Below are positions 9,384 through 18,116 of a stretch of DNA of 64,000 bases, one piece after another. The DNA comes from Candidatus Dojkabacteria bacterium (GTDB lineage: Bacteria; Patescibacteriota; Dojkabacteria; B142; WJKM01). The position numbers and the translations under genes are program-made. Location: contig WJKM01000023.1 of the NCBI GenBank assembly GCA_014729085.1, forward strand, positions 13,648 through 77,647, given 5' to 3'. Position 1 is the first letter of the stretch, and every line of letters starts with the position of its first letter. The notes beneath the pieces were generated by a model. That model saw nothing but the letters and a program-made list of their open reading frames with translations. It did not search any database and was not told the origin of the DNA.

Positions 9384-10235
9384 ATGTCAAAACACGGACT
9401 AGGAAAAGGGCTTTCTTCACTAATTCCTGATCAAACTTTAGAATCTATACAACAAGCGTACATTCCCGATCTTCCGATTTCCAAAATAATTCCTAATCAG
9501 TATCAACCCAGAATCGAAGTTGATCCCACAAAACTTGTTGAACTTGCAGATTCCATAAGAGAACACGGAGTCATTGAACCTTTGATCGTAACCCAAAATT
9601 CTCCTCAAGAATTTGAATTAATTGCTGGAGAAAGAAGATGGAGAGCAGCAAAGCTGGCAGGACTCAAAAAAATTCCCATAGTTGTAAAAGATGCTTCTCC
9701 CCAACAAATGCTTGAACTTGCAATTGTAGAAAATATTCAAAGAGAGGATTTAAACCCTTTAGAAGAAGCCATGGCTTTTGAACAGCTTGCAAACAAATTT
9801 GATATGACACATTCTGATATTGCAGCTAAAGTTGGTTATTCTCGACCAACAGTAGCGAATAAAATCCGTCTTCTTCAACTTCCCGAAGAAATAAAGAAAG
9901 GACTGCTATCTGGAGAAATTTCCGAAGGACATTCTAGAGCACTTCTTGGAATTAAAAATAACCAAGCCATGGAAGCTGCCTATCGAATCGTAATTAGAGA
10001 CAATTTAAGTGTCAGGGCTACAGAAAAACTAGTACAGAAACTTAATCAAGGACGAAAGAAAAAGCCAAACAAAAGCCAAAAATTACCAAAAAAAATTCTG
10101 GAAATCGAAAAAAATATTGAAGAATTCCTAAATAGGAAAATAAAAGTTTCCTATACCAAGAATGGGGGGAAAATAACTATCCCCTTTAAAAACGAACAGG
10201 AATTGAAAAAAATATACAAAAAATTTAAAAAATAA
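9384..10235 (+). CDS. parB: ParB/Spo0J chromosome partitioning protein
   Basis: GLGKGLSSLI, PNQYQPR, LIAGERRWRA, ENIQREDLNPLEEA, HTH. Confidence 0.95.
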   Translation: MSKHGLGKGLSSLIPDQTLESIQQAYIPDLPISKIIPNQYQPRIEVDPTKLVELADSIREHGVIEPLIVTQNSPQEFELIAGERRWRAAKLAGLKKIPIVVKDASPQQMLELAIVENIQREDLNPLEEAMAFEQLANKFDMTHSDIAAKVGYSRPTVANKIRLLQLPEEIKKGLLSGEISEGHSRALLGIKNNQAMEAAYRIVIRDNLSVRATEKLVQKLNQGRKKKPNKSQKLPKKILEIEKNIEEFLNRKIKVSYTKNGGKITIPFKNEQELKKIYKKFKK

Positions 10236-10272
10236 TTTTGGAAGATAAATTAAGTATTTTAGAAAAATTTCT

Positions 10273-11466
10273 ATGCCCAGAGTAATTATTTCCGCAGGAC
10301 ACACAGATTCTGATCCCGGCTCTTCCGCTCTAGGTTTAAGAGAGGTTGATCTAACCCGGGCTATAGCTAGAAAATTAATTCCCTACCTTAGGGCAAATGG
10401 TGTAATTACACTTTCGGTGCCTCCAAACCTCGACCTTGCCAGACGAATCGACTGGATTAACGGAACAGGATATAGTGCAACTCTTAACGATATTTCAATT
10501 GAGATACATATAAATGATGGGAATAAATCTGGATTTGAGTTTTGGTATAAAGGAGATGGCGCAAACCGTTCTCAAGATCTTGCAGAAAAAGTTATGGGTT
10601 CTGTTACAGAGGAAACCGGACTTCCCAGCCAAGGTGTAAAAAGTGAACACGAACATGAATTTGGTTCTCTAGCTTTTATTAGTAACACCAATACTGTTTC
10701 GGTAATACTGGAATGTCTCTATATAGATAACGAAGAAGATAATAAAAAATTAAAAAATGAGAAAGAAATTGATAAAATAGCAAAAGGACTTTCCAAAGGT
10801 ATACTTGATTATCTTGGAATAGAATTTAAAAATAAAAACATGACTCCTACCAAAAAGACAAAACGTACTTCTAATAGGCAAACGAGACGATCTCCAGTTC
10901 AGAATATGAATACAAATGCCCAACAGGTTCTAAGAAATTCACCTCCTAGAAATCAACAACAGTATTCACAATACCTAAACCAGAACAAAATGCAAAATCC
11001 GAGAGGTTATAAACCTGGCTCGAGTCAAATGTCTAGAGAACAAAGGCAACAAATGATCATCCAATGTTATCAAAGAATTCTTGGAAGAAACCCTAGTCCT
11101 AATGACTTAAACTACTTTTTGAATATTGGAATAACTCAGGATAAACTAATTCAAAGGATGATAAACTCCCAAGAACATTATGACATGGTGAAAACCAAAA
11201 ATAAGTTTCTCTCTATGCGTAATGAGTACGAAAAGCAGAGATTAGAATTAATCCAATTAAGAGAGAAATCAAAAGATGATAAAGTGATTATAAATAAATT
11301 AACTGAACTTCTTAAACAAAAAAATGCGTATATAAATAGAGTCAAACACTCTCCTTCCATACCAAAAGCTTTAGAAAAATCTGAGAAAGGTGAAACTTCC
11401 AAAAAGAAGTATAAAGGAAGTTTTTTAGATAGAATGTTCCACTTTTTCAGCGATATTTTGGGATAA
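10273..11466 (+). CDS. N-acetylmuramoyl-L-alanine amidase (Amidase_3) with Q/N-rich linker, DUF4214-like helical domain and coiled coil
   Basis: ISAGH, E25, IEIHIN, ILEC Zn-amidase residues; YQRILGRNP repeat-like motif. Confidence 0.85.
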   Translation: MPRVIISAGHTDSDPGSSALGLREVDLTRAIARKLIPYLRANGVITLSVPPNLDLARRIDWINGTGYSATLNDISIEIHINDGNKSGFEFWYKGDGANRSQDLAEKVMGSVTEETGLPSQGVKSEHEHEFGSLAFISNTNTVSVILECLYIDNEEDNKKLKNEKEIDKIAKGLSKGILDYLGIEFKNKNMTPTKKTKRTSNRQTRRSPVQNMNTNAQQVLRNSPPRNQQQYSQYLNQNKMQNPRGYKPGSSQMSREQRQQMIIQCYQRILGRNPSPNDLNYFLNIGITQDKLIQRMINSQEHYDMVKTKNKFLSMRNEYEKQRLELIQLREKSKDDKVIINKLTELLKQKNAYINRVKHSPSIPKALEKSEKGETSKKKYKGSFLDRMFHFFSDILG

Positions 11467-11490
11467 AAATAGTTTTTCCGATATTTTTAA

Positions 11491-11498
11491 TGTATAAT
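11491..11498 (+). promoter_or_regulatory. -10 element (TGTATAAT) upstream of the putative ncRNA and rny
   Basis: Consensus TATAAT. The same (T/A)GTATAAT string occurs before pnp (15752), murJ (18050), the 19937 ORF (19902) and recA (23122). Confidence 0.55.
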
Positions 11499-11545
11499 TA
11501 AATGCAATAAATTACTTAAATACTGTACTTATCCATTTATTTATA

Positions 11546-11738
11546 TTGGTAGAAAGACTTATGTGGTTAATAAAATTCCAAAAAAAAGTATTAAAAATCT
11601 GGACTACAGTGATACGAATGTTTCAATATCCATTTATGGAAAATTTTATTATGGAGGAAAATTCTGAATTCAAAACCATAAATATACCCTTAGGGTTGAT
11701 TTATTACTTCAAGTTTACCCATAGTTCCTTCCTACCAA
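11546..11738 (+). ncRNA. Putative 6S RNA-like rod-shaped RNA
   Basis: TTGGTAG/CTACCAA closing stem; inner pairings TATGTGGT/ACCCATA, AAGTATTAAAAATC/GATTTATTACTT and ATTTATGG/CCATAAAT; about 193 nt; lies upstream of rny. Confidence 0.55.
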
Positions 11739-11874
11739 ACCTTTTGCGTTGCAATATCTAAGCAATCGTAATGGGTTTAAATAAACTACGTTATCTTGAC
11801 GCATAAACAAAAAAGATTAACATGATAAACAGATAAGTATATGTTGCATTAGTATACTTGTTATTTTACAGATT

Positions 11875-13416
11875 ATGGAAATATTACTGGTTCTTCTTAC
11901 GTTTGTCGCGACACTTGGTTTACTCGGAACATACTTATACTTCCAAAAAACCAAGCAGATGGAACAGAAACTCAAGGATCCCAAGAGAATCGAACTTACT
12001 GAAAAGGAAGCTATTAATAAAGCTAGTTCGAAAGCAAAATCTTTATTAAATGAAGCTGAGAAAAAGGCAGAAAAGATTAAGGACAAAGCAAAAAAGTATT
12101 CAAACGAGATAATGAAATTAGCGGATGAGAAAGAGTCGAGATTAGACAAGAGAGAAAAAACTCTTCTTGAAAGATCAAAGACACTTGATGAAAGATACGA
12201 TAAACTTGAACATCAGGAAAAAGATATCGAAAATACCAAAAACTCACTAAAAACAATGAGGACAACCTTGCAACAAAAGATTGAACAGGCAGCAAAAATG
12301 ACTAAAGAGGAAGCAAAAAAACAACTAGAACAACAAGTCGAATCCGAACTTAAAGATTTTGTTGCAAAAAAAATTACTGAAGCTGAATACAAAATAGAAA
12401 AGGAAGCTGACGAAGTGGCTAAAGACCTCTTAATAGACGCAATGCAAAGAAGTGCAACAGATTTTGTTGCAGAGACAACTTCCACTACCTTTGAAATAGA
12501 GAAAGAAGAACTGAAAGGTAAAATTATTGGGAAAGATGGTAGGAATATCAGAACATTTGAAAGACTTACAGGGGTTGACATTATCGTAGACGAAGCCCCT
12601 AATCAAGTTACAGTTTCTTCATTCGATCCAATTCGAAGAGAAGTAGCAGCAATTGCCATTCAAAAGCTATTAGCGGATGGTCGTGTTCATCCGGGAACAA
12701 TAGAAGAAACAATTCAAAAAATAAAAGAAGATATTGCAAGGGAGATAAAAAAGACTGGAGAAAAACTTGCATATGATACAGGATTCAATGATCTTCCAAT
12801 TGAAATAATTAAGTTGCTTGGAAGGTTTAAATATAGATTCAGTTATGGTCAAAACTTAGTTAAACATACACTAGAGATGGTTAATATTGGTCAACAGTTG
12901 GCGCAGGAAATTGGTGCAGATGTCCAACTAACTAAAAAGGCTTGCCTTCTTCACGATATTGGGAAAGTACTTACCCATGAAATTGAAGGAAAACCTCATC
13001 ATCATATTTCCGGGGATATTATTAGAAAGTATTTAAAGGATGAAAAACTAGCTAACGCAGTTGAAGCTCATCACGGAGATATAGAACCAAAAACTAGAGA
13101 AGCTTTATTAGTCAATATTGCTGATGCAATTTCTGGAACAAGGCCTGGTGCCAGAAGAGACAACTATGAAGACTATATCAAAAGAGTTAAGGCACTTGAA
13201 GATATTGGAAACAAAAATGAAGAAGTTAAACAAACCTTTGCAATTCATGCAGGAAGAGAAATTAGAGTTATTATTGATCCTAAAAAAGCAGATGATAAAC
13301 AATCAAAAGTACTTGCATATAAAATTGCCCGTGAAATAGAAGACACCCAGGAATATCCTGGAACTGTAAAAGTAAATGTAATAAGAGAAATTAGATTTAC
13401 TGAAGAAGCAAAATAA
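11875..13416 (+). CDS. rny: Ribonuclease Y
   Basis: N-terminal TM and coiled coil, KH domain (KGKIIGKDGRNIR), HD domain (LLHDIGK, HH, ADAISG.RPGAR). Confidence 0.97.
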   Translation: MEILLVLLTFVATLGLLGTYLYFQKTKQMEQKLKDPKRIELTEKEAINKASSKAKSLLNEAEKKAEKIKDKAKKYSNEIMKLADEKESRLDKREKTLLERSKTLDERYDKLEHQEKDIENTKNSLKTMRTTLQQKIEQAAKMTKEEAKKQLEQQVESELKDFVAKKITEAEYKIEKEADEVAKDLLIDAMQRSATDFVAETTSTTFEIEKEELKGKIIGKDGRNIRTFERLTGVDIIVDEAPNQVTVSSFDPIRREVAAIAIQKLLADGRVHPGTIEETIQKIKEDIAREIKKTGEKLAYDTGFNDLPIEIIKLLGRFKYRFSYGQNLVKHTLEMVNIGQQLAQEIGADVQLTKKACLLHDIGKVLTHEIEGKPHHHISGDIIRKYLKDEKLANAVEAHHGDIEPKTREALLVNIADAISGTRPGARRDNYEDYIKRVKALEDIGNKNEEVKQTFAIHAGREIRVIIDPKKADDKQSKVLAYKIAREIEDTQEYPGTVKVNVIREIRFTEEAK

Positions 13417-13448
13417 ACATTTCAAACTAAAAAACAGATGGAGTTACT

Positions 13449-14243
13449 TCATCTGTTTTTTTCGTATAAAACCTTCCCCGTCTTCATAATGTTATGTAAA
13501 AATGTATCTCCTTCTTCTATAAGCAATTTATACTCTTTTTGTGTATATACAACTGGCTCAACTGCTGGAAGCCCTCCCTTAGTAATTTCCCTTACTTTAT
13601 GCAATCTCTCCATAAAGTCCAGTTTTGTATCAACAATAATCAAAATATCTAATGTAGATAACTTTTTCTTTCCTCGAGCATAACCTCCAAAAAGCACAAT
13701 TTTCTCAGGATCCATTTCCTGTATCAAAATATCTGTTACAGTTTCTATTCTTTTCTTGGGATCAATGGCTTCAGCATAATCGTATTTCCCTGTATCTACT
13801 ACAACTTCAACATCTAACAATTCCCTAATAATTTTTAATAAATTCTGTGCCTGATCTAGACATTTTTGTGCATCTCCTTTTTTTATAAATTCATGTGGGG
13901 AAATAACTTTATCCGGAAGTATAAACGGATATCGTGCAGCATATGTGTATACCTCCAAATCTCTAAACACAAATTTTGTTTTTTTAAAACTTTTGTTTAT
14001 GTTATTACAAAGTCCAATAAGTACAGAAAGTTTGTGAGTTCTTGGGGGCCACCATCCATTATTCATAAGCATGGATTTTAGTGCTTTTTCTACAGCCTGA
14101 GTTGACTGATAACATGCCCACTCATAATACTGATTGTTAAAAGATAACCTTGCCGCATCCATATCAAATCGCGACTGGTTAAACCAAATCTGGAATCTGG
14201 ATAAAGCAATTTTTTTCCCTACTCTTTTTAAAGGGTAACGCAT
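13449..14243 (-). CDS. HEPN - minimal nucleotidyltransferase (MNT) fusion protein
   Basis: WACYQSTQAVEKALK, PRTHKL, ARYP (HEPN); PEKIVLFGGYARG..STLDILII, G.VLYE (MNT). Confidence 0.85.
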   Translation of the reverse strand: MRYPLKRVGKKIALSRFQIWFNQSRFDMDAARLSFNNQYYEWACYQSTQAVEKALKSMLMNNGWWPPRTHKLSVLIGLCNNINKSFKKTKFVFRDLEVYTYAARYPFILPDKVISPHEFIKKGDAQKCLDQAQNLLKIIRELLDVEVVVDTGKYDYAEAIDPKKRIETVTDILIQEMDPEKIVLFGGYARGKKKLSTLDILIIVDTKLDFMERLHKVREITKGGLPAVEPVVYTQKEYKLLIEEGDTFLHNIMKTGKVLYEKNR

Positions 14244-14373
14244 AGCTTAAGAGATAATAATTATAAATTTTCTCTCTTTATATCGATTAGTATATAATAT
14301 AGAAAATTTAAATCAAAGATTACTTAAAATCTATTCTGATTTAAATTTTATTTAATTCTAATAAACAGTAATA

Positions 14374-15564
14374 ATGAAAAAAAATAATAAATCCATAATT
14401 AGTATTATTCTTATTATCACAGCATTTTTATTCCTGTCCTTTAGCTCATTTGCCCAAGAAGAAGGAACCCTTGAGGAGGAGGAAAAAAATAAGGCTCCCA
14501 TCGAGCATACTTATTTTCAAAGTGGAACAAATGTATTGATAGATCAAATTGTAAATGGGGAAGTTTTCGTCTCGGGGAAAAATGTAAAAATAGAAAAAAA
14601 ATTAAATGAACATTTGTTTTTTATTGGAGGAACTCTACAAATTGAAGAAGAAGTAAGAGAATCAGCATTCCTAATCGGACAAAATATTATAATCAAAGAT
14701 AAAATTGGTGGAGACTTATATGCTATTGGTTCAAATATTCAATCCGAAATAGAATTAGATGAAGATGCCTATATAATTGCAGAAAAAGTTCTGCTTAAAG
14801 GGAAAGTAGATGAAGAACTCTATATTAATGCAAAAGAAGTTTATATTGATGCAGAAAAATTCAGAGGAAATGTATTTATTAATGCAGAATTAATAAAAAT
14901 TAATCCTGAAACAAGATTCTCAGGAGAAAAAATTGTAATTAACAATAAAGAATATGAAGATTTAGCTCAATTTCATAGTGAAGAATTACCAATAGACTTA
15001 TCGCTTTCTACTTCCACAACACCAGTAAAACGCATAAAATCAGTCTTTAATATATATGGACTTTTATTCTTATTTGCTTTGCTAATTGGTAATTCATTGG
15101 CAACTATGCTGATATTTAAATTGTTTCCAATTAAATCAACAAAAATTGTCAATAATCTATCTCTGGAAAGCACCAACATATTCACAAATCTGAAAATTGG
15201 ATTCGTCTCCGTTCTTGCGGGATTAATATTATTGCCAATACTTATGGTATCAATTATTGGCTGGCCAATCTTATCTGTAATACTTCCAGCAACTGCTTTA
15301 GCTGTTGGTTTAGCCAAACTATATTTAATCTACAAGATTGGAAATTTGATTATTCAATTAGTTCAACCTGAAATAAAAAATATTTTTATTACAAGCTTGG
15401 TTGGTGGCCTTGTTACAACTGTAGTCCTAATGATAGTATCAACCATTCCTGTAATTGGAAAACCGATCGCAATTATTATTATTTCAGTAATATCTTTATG
15501 GAGTATAGGTGGTGTTATACGTGTAAAATATGAAGCTCTTAATACATCAAGAAAAAAGAAATGA
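14374..15564 (+). CDS. Secreted beta-helix (bactofilin-like repeats) plus multi-TM membrane protein
   Basis: Signal peptide, repeated V-x-G-D/E-L-F-x-x-G units, 5-6 C-terminal TM helices. Confidence 0.7.
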   Translation: MKKNNKSIISIILIITAFLFLSFSSFAQEEGTLEEEEKNKAPIEHTYFQSGTNVLIDQIVNGEVFVSGKNVKIEKKLNEHLFFIGGTLQIEEEVRESAFLIGQNIIIKDKIGGDLYAIGSNIQSEIELDEDAYIIAEKVLLKGKVDEELYINAKEVYIDAEKFRGNVFINAELIKINPETRFSGEKIVINNKEYEDLAQFHSEELPIDLSLSTSTTPVKRIKSVFNIYGLLFLFALLIGNSLATMLIFKLFPIKSTKIVNNLSLESTNIFTNLKIGFVSVLAGLILLPILMVSIIGWPILSVILPATALAVGLAKLYLIYKIGNLIIQLVQPEIKNIFITSLVGGLVTTVVLMIVSTIPVIGKPIAIIIISVISLWSIGGVIRVKYEALNTSRKKK

Positions 15565-15689
15565 AAAATATTAGTATAAAGAAAATAATCAAAAATGATT
15601 TTGTGGTCATGCTATTTGTCTCCTTTTTAACAGCTCTATTTTGTATTCTATATATTTGGTTAATCGGGATTCCCATGACATCTGCATAA
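15561..15689 (+). CDS. Unannotated 42-aa single-TM microprotein
   Basis: MKNISIKKIIKNDFVVMLFVSFLTALFCILYIWLIGIPMTSA*; its ATG overlaps the upstream TGA (ATGA coupling). Confidence 0.5.
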   Translation: MKNISIKKIIKNDFVVMLFVSFLTALFCILYIWLIGIPMTSA

Positions 15690-15764
15690 ATCAAAGGATA
15701 GCTCTCTTCTTTACGAATTATACTGTTCACTATTATAATGCATACTTTTAGTGTATAATTGGAA

Positions 15765-15872
15765 TGTCGGTTGAGAAAACGAGAAGACGGGAAATTTTAA
15801 GAGTGGTTTAGATTAAACTTTTTTAAAACATTCTTACAGATTTCCTCAGACTCGTATAACCTCATCACGACA
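15765..15872 (+). promoter_or_regulatory. Long imperfect stem-loop in the pnp 5' leader
   Basis: TGTCG/CGACA, ACGAG/CTCGT, GGAAAT/ATTTCC, TAAGAGTG/CATTCTTA; begins 6 nt after TGTATAAT. Confidence 0.75.
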
Positions 15873-15902
15873 AAATATTTTATTTTGTCAATTTATATAC
15901 AT

Positions 15903-17996
15903 ATGCAAAAATTTGAAAAAACCTTCTCCCTAAATGGAGAGGATATTACCATTACCATGGGTAACTTTGGTTTTAGAGCGGATTCGGCTGTAATGGTTCA
16001 AAAAGGAGAAACAGTTGTTATGGTTTTCGTTACTGTTGACTCAAAAGAGTCGGATCTCGACTACTTTCCCCTAAGTGTAAATTATATGGAAAAATTTTAC
16101 GCCGGCGGTGTTATTAGTGGTTCAAGATTTATCAAAAGAGAAAAAAGACCCTCTGACGATGCAATTATTAAAGGAAGAGTTATAGACAGAGCCATGAGGC
16201 CTCTTTTTCCCGATGGATTCAAAAGATCAGTAAGCATCGTAATCAATGTTATGGCTTATGACGAAAAAAATGATCCAGCAATACTTGGGGCAAACGCAGC
16301 TTCCCTTGCAGTTCACTTATCTTCAATCCCATTTGATGGACCTGTTTCATCTGTAAAAATTGGAACTGATGAAAATGGAGAACTAATAGTTGATCCAGAC
16401 GAAACGATGATGAAAGACTCACAACTTAATGCAGTCATTTCAAGCACAAAAGACACTATTACCCAACTTGAAATTGAAGGCGACGAGATTCCTGAAGAAA
16501 AAATGGCCTCAGCTTTTGAAGTAGCTTTTGAAAAGGCTCAGGAATGGAATGACATCATGGAAGAGATACAAAAGGAAAAAGGAAAGGAAAAACTTGAATA
16601 TAATGAAAATAAAGTAGATGAGGAACTGGTAAAGAAATATAAAAAAGAATATAAAAAGGAAATTGAAAAAGCTCTCTTTGATGATAAAAATAGAAACGAT
16701 ATGCTTGATGAAATCCATAATAAAGCCATTGAAGAAAAAGACGAGGATGTAAGTAATTCAGATATTATAAACGCTTTCCAATATATTGAAAAAAGCATTA
16801 CTAGAGAATATCTGTTAGAAGGTAAACGCTTAAGTGGAAGAGATTTTGATGAAATACGAGAAATTCAAATTGAAAGTCCTTTTCTTCCCCGAGTACATGG
16901 GTCAGCAATGTTTAGAAGAGGAAAAACCCAAGCACTTTCAATCACTACCCTTGGTTCTATGAGACTTGCGCAAATGAGCGAAAGTTATGAAGGTGAATCT
17001 GAAAAACGTTACATGCATCATTATGTAGGACCTAATTATTCGTATGGTGATGCTGGAAGATTTAGTTTTTATGCAGGAAATCGTGAAATTGGGCATGGAG
17101 CTTTAGCTGAAAAAGCTGTGAAAAAAGTTTTACCTTCTGAAGAAGAATTTCCCTATGCAATTAGAGTAGTCTCTGAAATTCTAAGTCAAAACGGATCTAC
17201 TTCTATGGCCGCAACATGTGGCTCATGCCTAGCTCTTATGGATGCAGGAGTTCCAATAAAAACTCCAGTAGCAGGAATATCAATTGGATTAATTACGAAA
17301 GACAAAGAACAAAAGAAGTATCAACTTCTTACCGATGTACAGGATGTAGAAGATTTTTTTGGAGATATGGACTTTAAAGTTTGTGGAACAAAGGATGGTA
17401 TCTCAGCTATTCAAATGGATACGAAGCTAAAAGGTGTAAAACTTGAAATCCTTCAAGAAGCCCTTAAACCTGCTAAGTCTGCAAGACTAAAAATCCTAGA
17501 TATTTATAAAGAGGTATTACCTGAACCACGTTCCGAGCTTAAAGAATATGCCCCAAGATGTAAAGTAATTACTATCAATAAGGAGAAGATAGGCGATCTT
17601 ATCGGACCAGGCGGAAAGACAATTAAGGCAATTCTTGAAAGTGTAGATAATAAAGTAGAAATAAACATTGAAGATGATGGACAAGTAACTTTAACAGCCG
17701 TCGATCAAGGCGCTATGAAACAAGCAGAAGAAAAAATTAATGAGATAGTAGCTGAACCAGAGATTGGAAAAATTTATGAAGGTGAAGTGGATAAAATTAC
17801 TTCATTTGGCGCATTTGTAGATGTGTCCCCTGCAATATCAGGTCTTGTTCATATTTCTGAAATTACAGACGGATATGTCAAAGATGTATCGAAACATCTA
17901 AAAGTTGGCCAAAAGGTTAAAGTTAAGTTGATTGATATTGATAATGAAGGTAGACTAAAGTTATCAATGAAAGAGGCAAATAAAAAAAAGAAATAA
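15903..17996 (+). CDS. pnp: Polyribonucleotide nucleotidyltransferase (PNPase)
   Basis: YFPLSVNY, HGSAMFRRG.TQ, REIGHG, NGSTSMA, GDMDFKV, KH and S1 domains; ATG 15903 preferred over 15885. Confidence 0.97.
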   Translation: MQKFEKTFSLNGEDITITMGNFGFRADSAVMVQKGETVVMVFVTVDSKESDLDYFPLSVNYMEKFYAGGVISGSRFIKREKRPSDDAIIKGRVIDRAMRPLFPDGFKRSVSIVINVMAYDEKNDPAILGANAASLAVHLSSIPFDGPVSSVKIGTDENGELIVDPDETMMKDSQLNAVISSTKDTITQLEIEGDEIPEEKMASAFEVAFEKAQEWNDIMEEIQKEKGKEKLEYNENKVDEELVKKYKKEYKKEIEKALFDDKNRNDMLDEIHNKAIEEKDEDVSNSDIINAFQYIEKSITREYLLEGKRLSGRDFDEIREIQIESPFLPRVHGSAMFRRGKTQALSITTLGSMRLAQMSESYEGESEKRYMHHYVGPNYSYGDAGRFSFYAGNREIGHGALAEKAVKKVLPSEEEFPYAIRVVSEILSQNGSTSMAATCGSCLALMDAGVPIKTPVAGISIGLITKDKEQKKYQLLTDVQDVEDFFGDMDFKVCGTKDGISAIQMDTKLKGVKLEILQEALKPAKSARLKILDIYKEVLPEPRSELKEYAPRCKVITINKEKIGDLIGPGGKTIKAILESVDNKVEINIEDDGQVTLTAVDQGAMKQAEEKINEIVAEPEIGKIYEGEVDKITSFGAFVDVSPAISGLVHISEITDGYVKDVSKHLKVGQKVKVKLIDIDNEGRLKLSMKEANKKKK

Positions 17997-18116
17997 GATG
18001 AAATATAGACGTTTTTCAATTTAGTCTAGACTGTTATACAACACATGAAAGTATAATGGGCAATTTATATTATATTAGACCTTTTTATTAAAGGCTCTAT
18101 ATTCTTTATTCTTTAA

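Noticed and set aside
11546-11761. 71-aa ORF in the amidase-rny gap
   Set aside because: TTG start, no recognisable features, and it coincides with a strongly base-paired RNA-like rod
15539-15730. 63-aa minus-strand ORF
   Set aside because: Non-ATG start; the coupled plus-strand 42-aa TM ORF explains the region better
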